In this document: positions 27,050 through 39,549 of the stretch, one piece after another
Layout of the letters: each line of letters starts with the position of its first letter
Position numbering within the stretch: position 1 is the stretch's first letter
DNA from: Lingula anatina
Lineage: Eukaryota > Animalia > Brachiopoda
Direction of reading: 5' to 3'
Assembly: GCA_051362555.1 (NCBI GenBank)
Contig: CM120641.1
Span: 41,546,401 to 41,610,400 of the forward strand
DNA: 64,000 nucleotides
Notes under the pieces: generated by a model
The model's database searches: none
The model's input: the letters and a program-made list of their open reading frames with translations, nothing else
What the model was told of the DNA's origin: nothing
Translations under genes and position numbers: made by a program

Positions 27050-27175
27050 CGTAGATGTTAATAATCTGCTTTCATTCCAACCCCTGACAATGCAAACTCA
27101 AACAATTATTTCGCTACTGAAACATGAAAAGTGAAAAAGCAGTGTCATAGCGCTTGTGGGGAAGCGCATGCGCGT
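27050..27175 (-). promoter_or_regulatory. NRF1-type element with nearby minus-strand splice donor
   Basis: GCGCATGCGC at 27164-27173; minus-strand ACG|GTAAGT with exon end at 27050. Confidence 0.3.
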
Positions 27176-28249
27176 CATTTTTTTTAGCATTAATTATTTT
27201 AGCCCTTTTGGAATATCATGCCATCCATAATCAGTTATACAACATGGGGTCCAATCACGTGTAATACCTTCAATTGTGCATAATATTTTCTTGTGTGATT
27301 AACGTCGAATATGTGTGAAATTTTAAATACAGGAAAACGTAAGATTTTACAATTACCGTCAGGCATTTTATGAGATACATAAATTTCCTTGTTTGAGAAG
27401 GCATGGTAGAAGTTTGTCTTCTCCTCAAAGGTGAAACTGTCCTTCATAACAACATTCCAAACAACGCACCATCTGTCAGCCAAACAAGTCTCATTCAAAG
27501 TTGAATCCAGTGAGGCAGGACGGGAGGTGGGGGGGGGGGGGGGGAGGGGCACGTGCATCCATTTTCATTCCTAGAATATGTCCTCACCTCCATGTACACC
27601 GAACCGGGCGAAGAAGAAAAAAAAGGCCCACGCTTGTGTCTCCACTTTTGCCTATCCAAGTCATCTCTATGACCTGTGGACATACCCTTACTGTTATAGT
27701 CAATTTTGGACCAGCTGAAGTTTAAGTCTGTATGGCAGATGATATATTACTACACTTAGCATTGCACCAAGCGCACCACAAGTACATTAAGCCGCTAAAC
27801 ATTTTATGACCAAATATTTCATATCATTTCGAGATAAGCACACTCCAGTCTTCCTGAGACTCAAGTCAACTTGAAGGCAGCAGACGTAGAACGACATCAA
27901 GTTACACTATACTGGTCAGGAAAGTAATAAAATGATATGGGTATATTTCTATCTTATGCTATACAACAATCGTGCTTTTCCTTGTTATATGTTATCGCTG
28001 GCAGCTCCCTAAAATCATATCCAGTGATTTGATATGAATCACGCTGTTATAATCAACAATCTTCCCTGGTTAAGCTCTATCAATTAAGGTCCGTAAAAAG
28101 TGGAAGGGTTCACTAATCCCTGGATTAAAAACGCACAAATTTGGACACGAATGATTTTTAGCCAGCATACAGAGAGAGAGCAGCTCGCGGAGGCCACATG
28201 CGCCTTTATTTCTCTATGTTTGCAATCGCAAGCTTACTCACAGTGCACG

Positions 28250-28265
28250 TATTTATATATAAGAG
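28250..28265 (+). promoter_or_regulatory. Possible TATA box upstream of the long leader of receptor exon A
   Basis: TATATAAGAG at about 28256, followed by a repeat-free, CpG-richer 1.3 kb leading into the ATG. Motif only. Confidence 0.25.
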
Positions 28266-29648
28266 CCCGAGTCGATATGTCTCCGGTTTAACCTCACTTG
28301 CATTGATTGATTCTGCGTTCTTTATTCATTTAAAGGTATTCCCTGTGAACCAGTGCGAGCCGTCTCACGTACTTAAACGCTGAGGGAGATTGGTTGGTCA
28401 CGTCTTGAATGGACAAGGACTCGGTCCCAGCCAGGCGTATGGATGATAGAAGCTAATATATTCCACGCCATCATCAGAAAGTGTGACTTCGACACTGCAC
28501 TGACACCAGGGCGAACAACGCGGAGATAAAAACGTCAAAATATACACTACTACATTAGTAACGGCGCTGATTGTAGATAGTAAGTCCTGTGGTGTTAAAT
28601 GTGTCAAAGCGTGTGTGTGTGTTAAATACGTGTAGTTTGATTAAAAGAAGTACTTCCGTCAAGACAAACACATGCAGTCCGCAGCAAGCGGCTGGAGAAC
28701 TTGTTGCAGGTTCTGTGAAGGACCTATGTAACGAACAATCGAATATGATTCAAGACAAATTAACACACTTCATTTTCTTACCATACTTTACACCTTCCTG
28801 AGAAATTAACTTACGCCTACTCAACAAAGCTATACACGATATTACTGAAGGGACACTCAATAGATTTAGAAACGCCGAGTCACATAACTTCCAAGTACCA
28901 CCGAACAATCATTTAAATCCTCATCGGGTCGTGAGGACATGGTACCGTAAAGGCTACCCTTTGTGAGGGGAGAGATAGCGGACTGTTTGCTACCTGTGAG
29001 ATAGCGAGTACCTTGCTCCACGAACGGTGTACTTGTCCCTGACTGCTGTGTGCATATAGGAGCATAGATGTAGATGTCCACATACCTTGAATAGGGCTAT
29101 GGTTCACGGAGTATCAATTTATCAACAGGGATTTTACCATTTGAACACGCCTGCCGACATGTATTTCTGTGCGGCCGCTTCATTCAAACTCATTACAATG
29201 GGTATGTAGCACAAGGAGCAACAGGTTTTTGTCGTGAGCTGTTCGCCGTGGAGAAATTGCCTTGAAGCCGTACACCGCACAAGGTCGAATCTCACCTCCT
29301 CTTGTATTCTATCGATCTTTTGGGTCCACAATTGCTTATTTTCATGTGCTACGTTTTTGATTTTCAGCGTGACGAACGGATTACACGGATCAGTTTTCCT
29401 TCACTGGATAAAGCAAAGGTGGCTTAATTGAGGAACCCGATAGTTAAATCTCGGTGACTTGAATATAAACGCGTGTACGGAGAAGCGTGGGGTATGTATG
29501 CTCGTGATTTTAGATTCGGCAAATACAACTTCCCACACAAGAGATAGCGGAGAGACAACGAAGTAACATCGGACAGTAATATGCTATGAAAAAGATGCCA
29601 CATACTATAGAAGACGGGAATAAATTGGCCCTGCGCCACTTAGCGGCA

Positions 29649-30339
29649 ATGAACCTAATTATTTATTGCTTGGTGATTTCTTGTATGGTCTCCTTCAACG
29701 GAGCTGTTCATGTTGATATTGCTTCTATCCTCCCGAGATACAACAAACTGGGGTTCTCTATAGATAAGGTGGCTCCAGCTATAGAATACGCCATCAAACG
29801 TCTGAAAGAAAACAACACAGTACCCAAACTCAATATAACCGTCTCCTACGAGGATTCAAAGTGTTTTAGCGCTGAATCTGTGAACCACGCCTTCAATTTT
29901 TATATGAAAAGAAAAGTGCATGTCTTTTTTGGCCCTGTGTGTGATTTCGCAGCAGCACCGGTCGCCCGCCAGATCACCTACTGGAAAACCCCCATGCTCT
30001 CCGCGGGGGCAAACGCCATGGATTTTGCTGTGAATAAAAAACGTGATTACCCCTACCTGACGCGCGTAGGGGCTCACTTCGGGGACATGGTGGAGTTCAT
30101 AACATCCCTCTTCAGTGATTTCAACTGGTTCAATTATCAGCTGATATACGAAGACGACCCTGACAAGAACAGAGAGAACAAATGCGAGAGTAAAGTGGAC
30201 TACTTCAAGATGTGTTACTTCGCTGGCGAGGCTCTGGTGCAATATACGCCCAAGAAGGCTACCCTGAAGCACGAGAAATTAAAGAGTCCATCTGAATTGA
30301 AAGAACAGCTTACAGACACAATTGGCGCCAATGTCGGAG
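29649..30339 (+). CDS. First coding exon A of a natriuretic peptide receptor / receptor guanylyl cyclase-type protein (signal peptide + N-terminal part of ANF_receptor ligand-binding domain); an in-frame upstream ATG at 29586 is an alternative start
   Basis: Signal-like MNLIIYCLVISCMVSFNG; family motifs ASILP, VAPAIEYA, EDSKC, VFFGPVCDFAAAPVARQITYWKTPMLSAGA, YPYLTRVG, FNW..YQLIY, CYFAGEAL. Ends at consensus donor GAG|GTAAGT (30339|30340), phase 1. Confidence 0.9.
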
Positions 30340-30753
30340 GTAAGTGTTGATGTTGTGCTAAGTGTGACATTGTGTTAGCTGTGATTTATTACCATGTAAT
30401 GGGAGACATGCTGTATATGATATGCACCATTGGGTTTTTTGTGGCATAATGATAATAATAATAAGTTTACTGGGCACAGAGTAACTCCTGGTTGGAAACA
30501 AAGTTACTGCAGTTCTTTTACTATTGCAAATTCCTCTAAGATAAAGAGGAAAATTACTGCAGTTCTTTCGCCACAAGAGATATATAGTTCTGTAGGATAT
30601 GTACATGCGTATATCTGTATATGATGTATCACACTGAAACCGTTTGTGTACTAATATAGGAACTTGTTCTGTTCCAAATATTGCTGTTGTGATCGATTCA
30701 CTGATATCACAATTCTTACACTGTATTTCAAATTGCTGAGTACATAGCCCCCC

Positions 30754-30799
<46 letters not shown>

Positions 30800-33178
30800 A
30801 TGCATTTTGCAGTATAGTATATAAGGGATGCACGCCAGTCTGACTTTCTCCAACCACTTGTTGCGCATGATACAAACCAGTTTCCTATATAACCGCCCGC
30901 TGGTCGCCCTGGTCAGGTATTGTGTTCATTCCAAGAATTGTTTTCTGTTCCCATTCTCATATTTGCCATATAAGTGATATTGTATCTGTTCAATTAGTTT
31001 CCCTTCCCAAAGTATAAGTAATCAGTCGGTTATTTATATGTCCACTAAAGAGTTTATTCTCTGCATATAATAATGGGGGTCTCAGCAGAAGCTGGTGGAA
31101 CAAATACTTTAATCTAAAAGGAAAGACATTCATATGACGCCAGCAGTTTTCTGATGCTATCAAGTATTTAACTTGCGATCGTGAATTTTTCATACATTAC
31201 AGTATATTTTGGTTTTTCTGAGGCATTTGTCGTATGTCCTCTACACGTTGTGGATACCATCACAACATAGGTTTTTAGCGTATAACTAGAACTTAAGTAC
31301 ATTAGCATACAAATACACACCTAATAATTTTAAACGTATAACCAGTAATACATACATGTATAGTAGAAGCGTTATCATTGTATTGATTATCGACAGATAT
31401 ATACAAATTCCACAGATATGAAAAAATATACATGTATATACTTATACATGTAGTTATTCTCAACGTTATATTATATTATATTAGAAATAGTAGATTTCTC
31501 TTTGGATGAATTCAGGATTCATATATTTCTCGGTTGTTATTCAGTAAGACTGGGTGGGGAAAGGCTTAGTATAGGCATCTTTTGGAATCAGAGTCACTAC
31601 ATTGTTAATTGAAGAGACAGACATTATAGAGGCTTCGAAAGAATACGGGGATGTCTGTCATACAGCCACATGCGGATGGAATTTCGGAGAGGGTATAAAT
31701 ATAAGATCACTGGTCATATATAGTTCACGTTGCCTTTGACAAAAACAACTTATATATCACGAGTTATTACGTGGAATGTTCAGGAGCTTAAGATGCTGGG
31801 GTCGCATTAGTCAAATCCGGAATCATGACTCATCGCGACTGCTGTGTTCTATACAGTGGACACTGTGCAAGGATTACAACTGGCTCTGGTGTTTTATATT
31901 ATAATTGTATTCACGCGATATGTGGGCACGATTACATACACACAAAATTGGAAGCAAACTATAAGAATATTTTTTTTCAAATTTTTTCCTATTGATTCCT
32001 CATTTATTTGCCATACGTTTTTTTTTACATTTACCACATAAAATAAAAAATAATAATCGATATATCTACTTTTCGTTGGAAAAATATAGACTCATTTTAT
32101 ACAAATTCAACACGCTGTTGATCGAAGTAGGAAGTTTGAATAAGCAATGGCAAACTGGTGTTATAAAGACAAAATGCTGGGAATATTGATAAGGATGTGA
32201 AAAGATATTTTAGATACAGGAACGTGAAATGTTGCGTTTCGGGTAAAAACTTGAAGATAAAAAAGCAAATAATTCATGGAATTGCTGTTGTCTTACATAT
32301 TTCTGTTTTTTTTTAAATGGCCTGTTTTGGTCTCTTCGAAAAACATGACAAAACCCGATCTTATAACATGTACTTATATATAAACAACGCATTCGCTTTT
32401 CTGTGATTATACGAAAAGAGCACTGTTTTTAAACGTATTTTAAACTTTCGTAGATTGGTTTGTTTGGATTCGTTATTTGATGTCTTAGTATGCAAATTTT
32501 AAAACTTTGACGGAGACCTTGAGAAATCGTAGAACTAGTTCTCTCTTTCTCAGATCCCGTGGGCTTTATCTCCTGGTGGAAGCAAGCTCCACAGTCGAGC
32601 TACGTGCTATTCCTTCACAAGGGAAAGTTCGCTGCGAAGATAAAAAGGAAGGTGTTATCACGACATTAAAGGTCACACACTGATAAATTCGAATTTTTGA
32701 ACTATCCCAATCTAAAAGATTAGTCGCATTATTTACACGGTAAATTTACCACCAAGGTTGAAAAAGTATGAGTTTTGTACAGTGGCTAGTGTTATTAATA
32801 GTCCACGTAGTGTCTTTGTGTGATGCTAATAGATAAAGGTACGTAAATCACTCTCAACATTTATCTATCATGGTTAAATCCTCGACCACGTTATTGGAGT
32901 CCTCGTTCACACAGGGGCAATTGAAGACGCTGCCTTGGTACATCAGATTAAACACCGCAGGTTTGTGTAACCAATTACACGCACTTGCAATATTACCTCT
33001 AATCATCGATGGATTTTATAGGTCCTAGCTTAGAAAGAAAACCAAATACCCTTTGTTGTCGGCCTGAGTTAGAATACAAACGAGTCCTACATATTAATTT
33101 TTAAGGAATGAAAAGATAGAAGTTCGTTTGTTATGTCACAGAATGCGTGTATGCGCGAGCGCGTATTTGTGTGTGTGT

Positions 33179-33232
<54 letters not shown>

Positions 33233-34290
33233 GCACAATCATTTTCCAATTCTTATAATTGTTTATCAAGACTAAAAAGGCTATAACCATTGTGCAAGGG
33301 GTCTCACAAAAGCTTCAATTGATTTTTGTTTTTCATTGTCCACAACTTACACGTCTTTAATGATCAGTTCACAAAATAACGAAAAAAAGACTGAAAAATA
33401 ACTAATACCCCGAGGAAGCGCAAGCAACGTAAACAGCACTAATCATTAGTCAGTCCATAAGACACAAATTCAATGATTACCCATGTATCTAGAATGTTTG
33501 CCACAAGCTAACATTTCTAGACTTAACGACTCCGCCGGAAGCGGGATAAAACATAAATGTGTACTCTGGATATAAACGTAAAGAGAAATCAATGGTTTTA
33601 ATGCCTGCATAGCAGTTATGATACGGCTGCTAATTAAGAGCGCATTTTTAGATAGGGATAAAAGATATTGCTCGGTAGTCCACATAAAGAGGTAAAAGCT
33701 CTTGTGTTGGGTTTCAGTGCCCGGTCTGGCAAAAACAGACGCTAAAAAGTGTAACATCAAAGAGTAGAGTACCTCTCTCCTATAGAGTGTACATTATACC
33801 TAGCGCTCATTAAACTCACAAATGAATTTTGTTTTATGTCAGTTTGAGTGGGTTTCTTACCTAGTTTGCAGAGCCCTATGCAACGAATGGTACATTAAAT
33901 GGAGGGACCCTCTCTCATTTCCCCCCAAACCTCCTCCCTCCTCCCCCCCCCCCAAAGAAAAAAATAGATAAATAAATACAAAAATACCGAAACAAGACAA
34001 TACAAAGTGATTTCATTTCCCTTTATCCTACATGTACACATAACATTTGTTTCGTTTTATATTTGTCGCGTGAAACAAGGCAAAGAATTATCCTTCCCCC
34101 ACCGTAGCCGGTAGAAGAAAGCTGTTTTCATTTTTTGAAAGAGGGGAACTGAACAATTTCTAACACCTTTAAAAAAGTGTAAAGACGACAGAATACAATT
34201 ATGATATCGAAGCCCAGGATGTTGTACTGGATTTCATGTGGTTTAAGCAAAAACAAGCTGAACTTGAAGTATAAAACGCAGATATAGAAC

Positions 34291-34467
34291 GCATTCAGAA
34301 CAGCGGACTAACAGATCCGCGGATCAAATATGGCGACCCGCTTAAAAGCTTACCGCTTAATTCCCGATTAGACACTGAATAGATTCCCCATGGGGATTAC
34401 GCAACAAGCATTAAAGTGGGACGGCCATATTTGATCCTCGGATCTGTTAGTCCGCTGTTCTAAATGC
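34291..34467. mobile_element. About 180-bp foldback / MITE hairpin
   Basis: Arms 34291-34334 and 34424-34467 are reverse complements with 2 mismatches in 44 nt; weaker pairing continues inward. Confidence 0.8.
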
Positions 34468-35167
34468 TCTCTTATTGTATAGAAAAAGGACCAAATTCTA
34501 TGAGCAGTTAACACGATATAGATTCAAAAGAAGAATAAATGTAGACGTGTGAATATACCAATACTTAATGAATTATTGTGGTAGCTCAGGTGTTTTTTGC
34601 TGGTGTGATCTGCATTTTGTAGTCTAAAAATGGCAAGTAACTGATGAATCACAATATATATGGAGTATAAGTAGAATAGCAAGGCTTAATACAGCGCAGG
34701 TGCTACATGTATTTAAGGGTAATTTTGGATTTAGTGATCTATATAGAGACTAAAAAGAAAGCCGTTATACATAGAGACAAGACTAGTACTGCTGCACGAA
34801 GACAGTATAAATGGAACTAATGGACAAACATTTAGAGGCGAACGCAAAACCTGCATAATATCCTGAGAATTTTGTTCGAATTCGTGCAAGCGTATTCATT
34901 TTCTAATGTGCTCATTTATTGAGTACGTGCTCCAATTCCCAAAGACTTAGCGAACTTCTGTTATTGTAAGAACAAGTAAAACCAAACACAGTACTTGAAG
35001 TGATCATTATCTTTTATCAAAATGACAAAGTTTAATATCATGGTGATGAATATAAACAATTTGCACTTGAGGTAATGATCACAAAGGTGAAAAACAAAAC
35101 GTTATATTGACTGTACGTCAAGGTGTCATGTATTGAAATATGAAAAAGAAGTGTCGTCTCTGAGACT

Positions 35168-35435
35168 TAGACCCTGGCATTCCCATACCTATATCGACCG
35201 AGCAGGATCCAACATCTTCGAGGGGATTCTGGCTAAAATGCATTCAACTTTAGTGGCTTAGATGTCTGGCACGCCTACTGAAGCTGATTAACAATAGTAA
35301 ATTACCCCGTAACAACTTCAGTAGGAGTGCCAGACATCAGAGCCGCTTTAGCTGAATGTAATTTAGCGAGAACCCTCTCGGAGATGGGTCGATCCTGCTA
35401 TATCGATCTAGATATGGGAACGGGGTCTTAGGCTA
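35168..35435. mobile_element. About 270-bp foldback / MITE hairpin
   Basis: Inner arms GATGTCTGGCACGCCTACTGAAG (35261-35283) and CTTCAGTAGGAGTGCCAGACATC (35316-35338) match 22/23; imperfect pairing extends to TTCCCATA/TATGGGAA and AGACCC/GGGTCT. Confidence 0.75.
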
Positions 35436-36284
35436 CCCGTTTGATCATTATTCTGACAAATATACGTTTACTGATTTCTGTGTTTATGCTTACATGTTTT
35501 TCGAATACACTGATAACAATAATAATAATAAGTTTCCAGAAAACATGGTTTATTTTCAGGTTTATAAGTCTGAGTGATTTAGAAATGGCGCACGGCTAGA
35601 ATATTCCACGAAGAAAAAATAATAAACGTATTGTTCTTTGAATATAAAAGCAATTGTGCCCGTATTTATTTAAACTAGAACAAAATTGCAATCGGTATTT
35701 TGCATGAGTCTCTAGTCAACCAGGATATGACTGCAAGCTTTTTATTGTTTTTTGGGCATCATATGAGCGGAACAAATCAACTCTTCAATGATTTTTATAT
35801 AAAATCCCCTTTTCAGAAGTTATGATCTACAGTAGACAGACCATCTTTAATGAAAAGCCAAATGTCACGATTTTACTGGTAAAATCTAAATTGTCCCCTT
35901 TAAAATGCACATGGTATTTTATTTCTATCGAGTAATATTGCATTAAAATTGTCTTAGTATAATTGCCCCAAAAAGCTAGTTTGTTACAGTGTATAAGGTG
36001 CTGGGGTTTTTGTTGTTGGGAAAGAAGGCACTGTTAATGAAAACTCATTTTATTAATTTATCGCACGTGAAACCTATTACAAGGTTATTTTTAAAGGTGT
36101 GCATTCCTTTCTTGACTCACGACTTTCCATCAATGAGTGGGAGGTAATAAATCAAGAGCGAAATAATTTTTGATTTGCCTGACATTGACAATATCCTTTG
36201 AGGCCTCTCACTTTCTATCACACGTGTCTTTTATTGGCATGGCCAGCTTTGCTTAAGGCTCACTAATATACAGCACAGCGTTCC

Positions 36285-36853
36285 GTTCTTGAATTCTTTC
36301 ATTCGCCCAGGTCCATTCGTCCTGTTTATCTTCATGGTCGCTTAAGGGCTAATTTCACCAATTATTACCCCATTTACTGCTCCCTAAGCACCTTCTCCAA
36401 CAAGCTCCGTATTTGCCCTGCACTCTGATCCCAGGCTTCTTATCGAAGCAGTGACTTTTCCGTAAGGCAGCTGGAACAAGTCGGCCTCGGCTCTTATCGA
36501 TAATTTGCCGGTGTAATTCAGCATCGATATTTGCCTAATCGCGAATTGACTTGTTTGTCTGTTTTATCAAGCTGATAGTGGTGTCTTTATTTGCCGCTAG
36601 GAGGCGAGGAGTATGGTTTTAGTGAAGGTGTGTGTTAATGTACTTTTAGTGTCTGTTTGCGCCTTATTAATGTTATACTGCGTTTGTGTAAGTTTTTGTT
36701 TGTGCCGTTAATTCTGCGTCTGCGTACATGTGAACTGGCTTTTTATGTCTTTGGCTTTTTATGTCTGTGTGTGTAATTTATAGTTCTGTTCAGGTGTATT
36801 TGCTTAGCGTTTGATATTAGTTTAATGTTTATGTTCTCAAAGTACTGGGTAAA

Positions 36854-36890
<37 letters not shown>
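36285..36890 (+). mobile_element. Probable 5'-truncated poly(A)-tailed retroposon end
   Basis: Compositionally distinct segment with a GT-rich 3' UTR-like stretch ending in about 36 A (36855-36890). No TSD identified. Confidence 0.4.
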
Positions 36891-36892
<2 letters not shown>

Positions 36893-37779
36893 GCGCCTTC
36901 TCGTAGTTTTCGCAGATCATGAAACATAAGATTCACTACAATAGATCACTTTTATCAGTTCATCAAGAATTAGTGGCAGTGAGTTCTTCTGACATAGGAC
37001 ATTCATTTTACTCAACCGTGGTACATGTATTCTTGTGCACTTGCTATATCCCTATAATTGGGTGTACAATGATGAAATCTATGATTTATGATTTATTCGT
37101 GTTGGAAGCAACATTCGAAACAATCGTTTTGTCTATTCATATGGTACACTCCAGTATGGTCTATGAAAGTGTAATAATAAACAGTAATATGACGATCAAA
37201 TGAAGATAAAATTATTGTCCATTTAGAAAAGGAAAAACAATATTAAATATACATAAGGGAGATATACATTCAGTTAAGCGGCTTACTCTACCGCCTTTGC
37301 ATGGTATTCGGTTTCATTAAAGGCAGCGCTAATTGCTAAGACGCCTTCTTCCTTATTAGCTTTGAGAAATATCATTATAATATAGTGTAACAGGACAAAT
37401 GCATGGACCTTTGTTACGACTCGAAGTATCGATTCCACAGGTTTGCGCCTATAGTTGTTTACTGGCTGAACACTGAATAACTTCCTTCCCTGTATTGATT
37501 GTGGCTACTACTGCCTACGACATAATTGGTATTTTCCCATTGACCACACGCCGTATCATTTAGATTTGTATAAATATGTACATAAGGGAGGGAGAGGGTT
37601 ACGCAAGTATGAAACCATGCTGATGTAAGATAAATAGCATTTGACTTTGCTGGGTTTTTATTTTCATTTCGCTTTTTTCACAAGGTCGTTTCAAGTCTAC
37701 TATTTTTACTACTGGCTAATCCTTACATAAATTACAATGTGTATTATTGTTCCAGTATCAATATTTTGATGGATAGTCA

Positions 37780-38200
37780 CCTGGCCTCAAAATGGGCACT
37801 CCCCATATGAGCATAGACTCATAGGCTAATGATAAAAGCATAGTAATCGTCTGGGGACTATGCTGATCCAGGCTCTACACCACTGTGTTAGCTATGAGGG
37901 TGTTTTGATGAAGGGTCAATACTTAACCAGATGGTTTCTAATTTCATCCCATATGGAGTTTGCATCTGGGGATTACACCGACCACTCCACCCTGTTGATG
38001 ACTGACAATAGGAGAGACACCCGTCGTCTCTGGCACTAGTCTTCTTTGGGCGGCCAATTCGTGGTAGCCCTAGGGTATCTCCAATATCCTCCATCCTGCT
38101 GCAAATGTTATATACACACCATATCTGGCTCTCTAAGGGGGTAAGTAAGGGGGGGAGCACTAACGCCCTCTTTTCTAAGAGAAACGCTTATTTTACACTT
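37780..38200 (-). mobile_element. Decayed Tc1-like transposase remnant
   Basis: Minus-strand LPRIGRPKKTSARDD (Tc1 GRPR linker) and downstream SMLIWG-like motif; heavily deleted, no TIRs seen. Confidence 0.6.
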
Positions 38201-39549
38201 ATGTGGAAGCTCGTCCAGCTGTTTGGTGGGACGGCTGTGTCCTGTTGGGCGAAGATTGCGACACTTATCTCACCTAACGCATCTTGCAATGCAAGCGACT
38301 GTTCACGTGCATTAACAACGTGTTTTGATCGATATCAGCGTGAGCACATTGTTTGTCAGGGATTTAAAAGCTAGAAAGCTAATATAAAAGAGAAATTCAG
38401 TATAGTTTTCTTACGCTTAAGCAAAGCGTTTTGCGTTTCATTATACATTATTATGTAGAGACAGCCAATGCGTTTTAGACATTTATGTAGACATTTATGT
38501 GGCTTTTCATGAAAAAAAAAATCAGCACAGTTTCGATCCCCATTCAAACCGTTGAGAAAATTATGATGTATAGACTCATTCGCAACCGTTCTAGTATCCT
38601 TTTAGTTTTACAGTCCCGAGTGTCTCTACTTTATATCATCTATCTATCTCCATTAACGGTGATAATGGTTTAAAGAGAATAATCATAGAAATCAAAACCA
38701 GGATTATGGATAATATATATTGCAATTATGTGAACGTATAGTTAACTTTGGTGAAGAAGTTTCCAGGAAAAAGTTAATTTCTACCCTAAAAAGATCAGGG
38801 ACTCATTGTGTTATCACACAAAACACGCGCCAACTCCCCGGTTATATCTGGTACTAAGGCGAACCTGAGGGAATTACTTATTCAGCATTGAACGACACTT
38901 TGGTCGAGAACAAAATACATGAGCAACACTTTATAGCGGCGGACCACAAAAGTTAACAAAATACAGTGTACTTCACGCATTTACTGCTATGTAATTTTAA
39001 ATGTTGTTGTATTGTTATCTATTCTCCATACATTTGCACAATATATGCATCAGGTCTTGTGTTCACAAATCCAAATACCTTTTTATCTGATATCTATTGG
39101 GTTTTTAACGAGATTTCTGACTACTTGGCGAATAGATGCATCAGTTGAGTAACCCGAGTAGATGGTGTTGGTCGAGAGCGCCGTCCCACTAATCCGGGGT
39201 TTTCATGCAAGTTGATATTTTAGGCTTTTCACGTGTCTAGGTTCATATTCAGGTAATATGCTTCAATTTCTGATCCCGATTCTGTCTTCCGACAGACACA
39301 CACAAATTAAATGTTATTTGATCTCACAAGTCTTCGCCGTTTCATTGGGCAATATGGAAAAACACGACTCGTTTTTAGATTTTTTTTGCATTGTTACGCA
39401 ATTGAAGAAATTGGGAAATTTAAGAAAAAATACCAAATGTTTTCAGTACAGAAGTCAAAGGGGAGCCTTGACCGTTTCTTAGGCCATTTGGAGATTTATA
39501 TAAAGCGTTAAAAAATAACATGTCGCATAGCGAGAACCCGATCAAATTA

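Noticed and set aside
29856-30272. Minus-strand ORFs over the receptor exons (also 50622-50944)
   Set aside because: Antisense shadows with no recognisable motifs.
30340-30350. Exon A as a complete 254-aa single-exon gene
   Set aside because: The ANF_receptor domain is only about half complete and a perfect GTAAGT donor precedes the stop; the terminal KC* is intron read-through.
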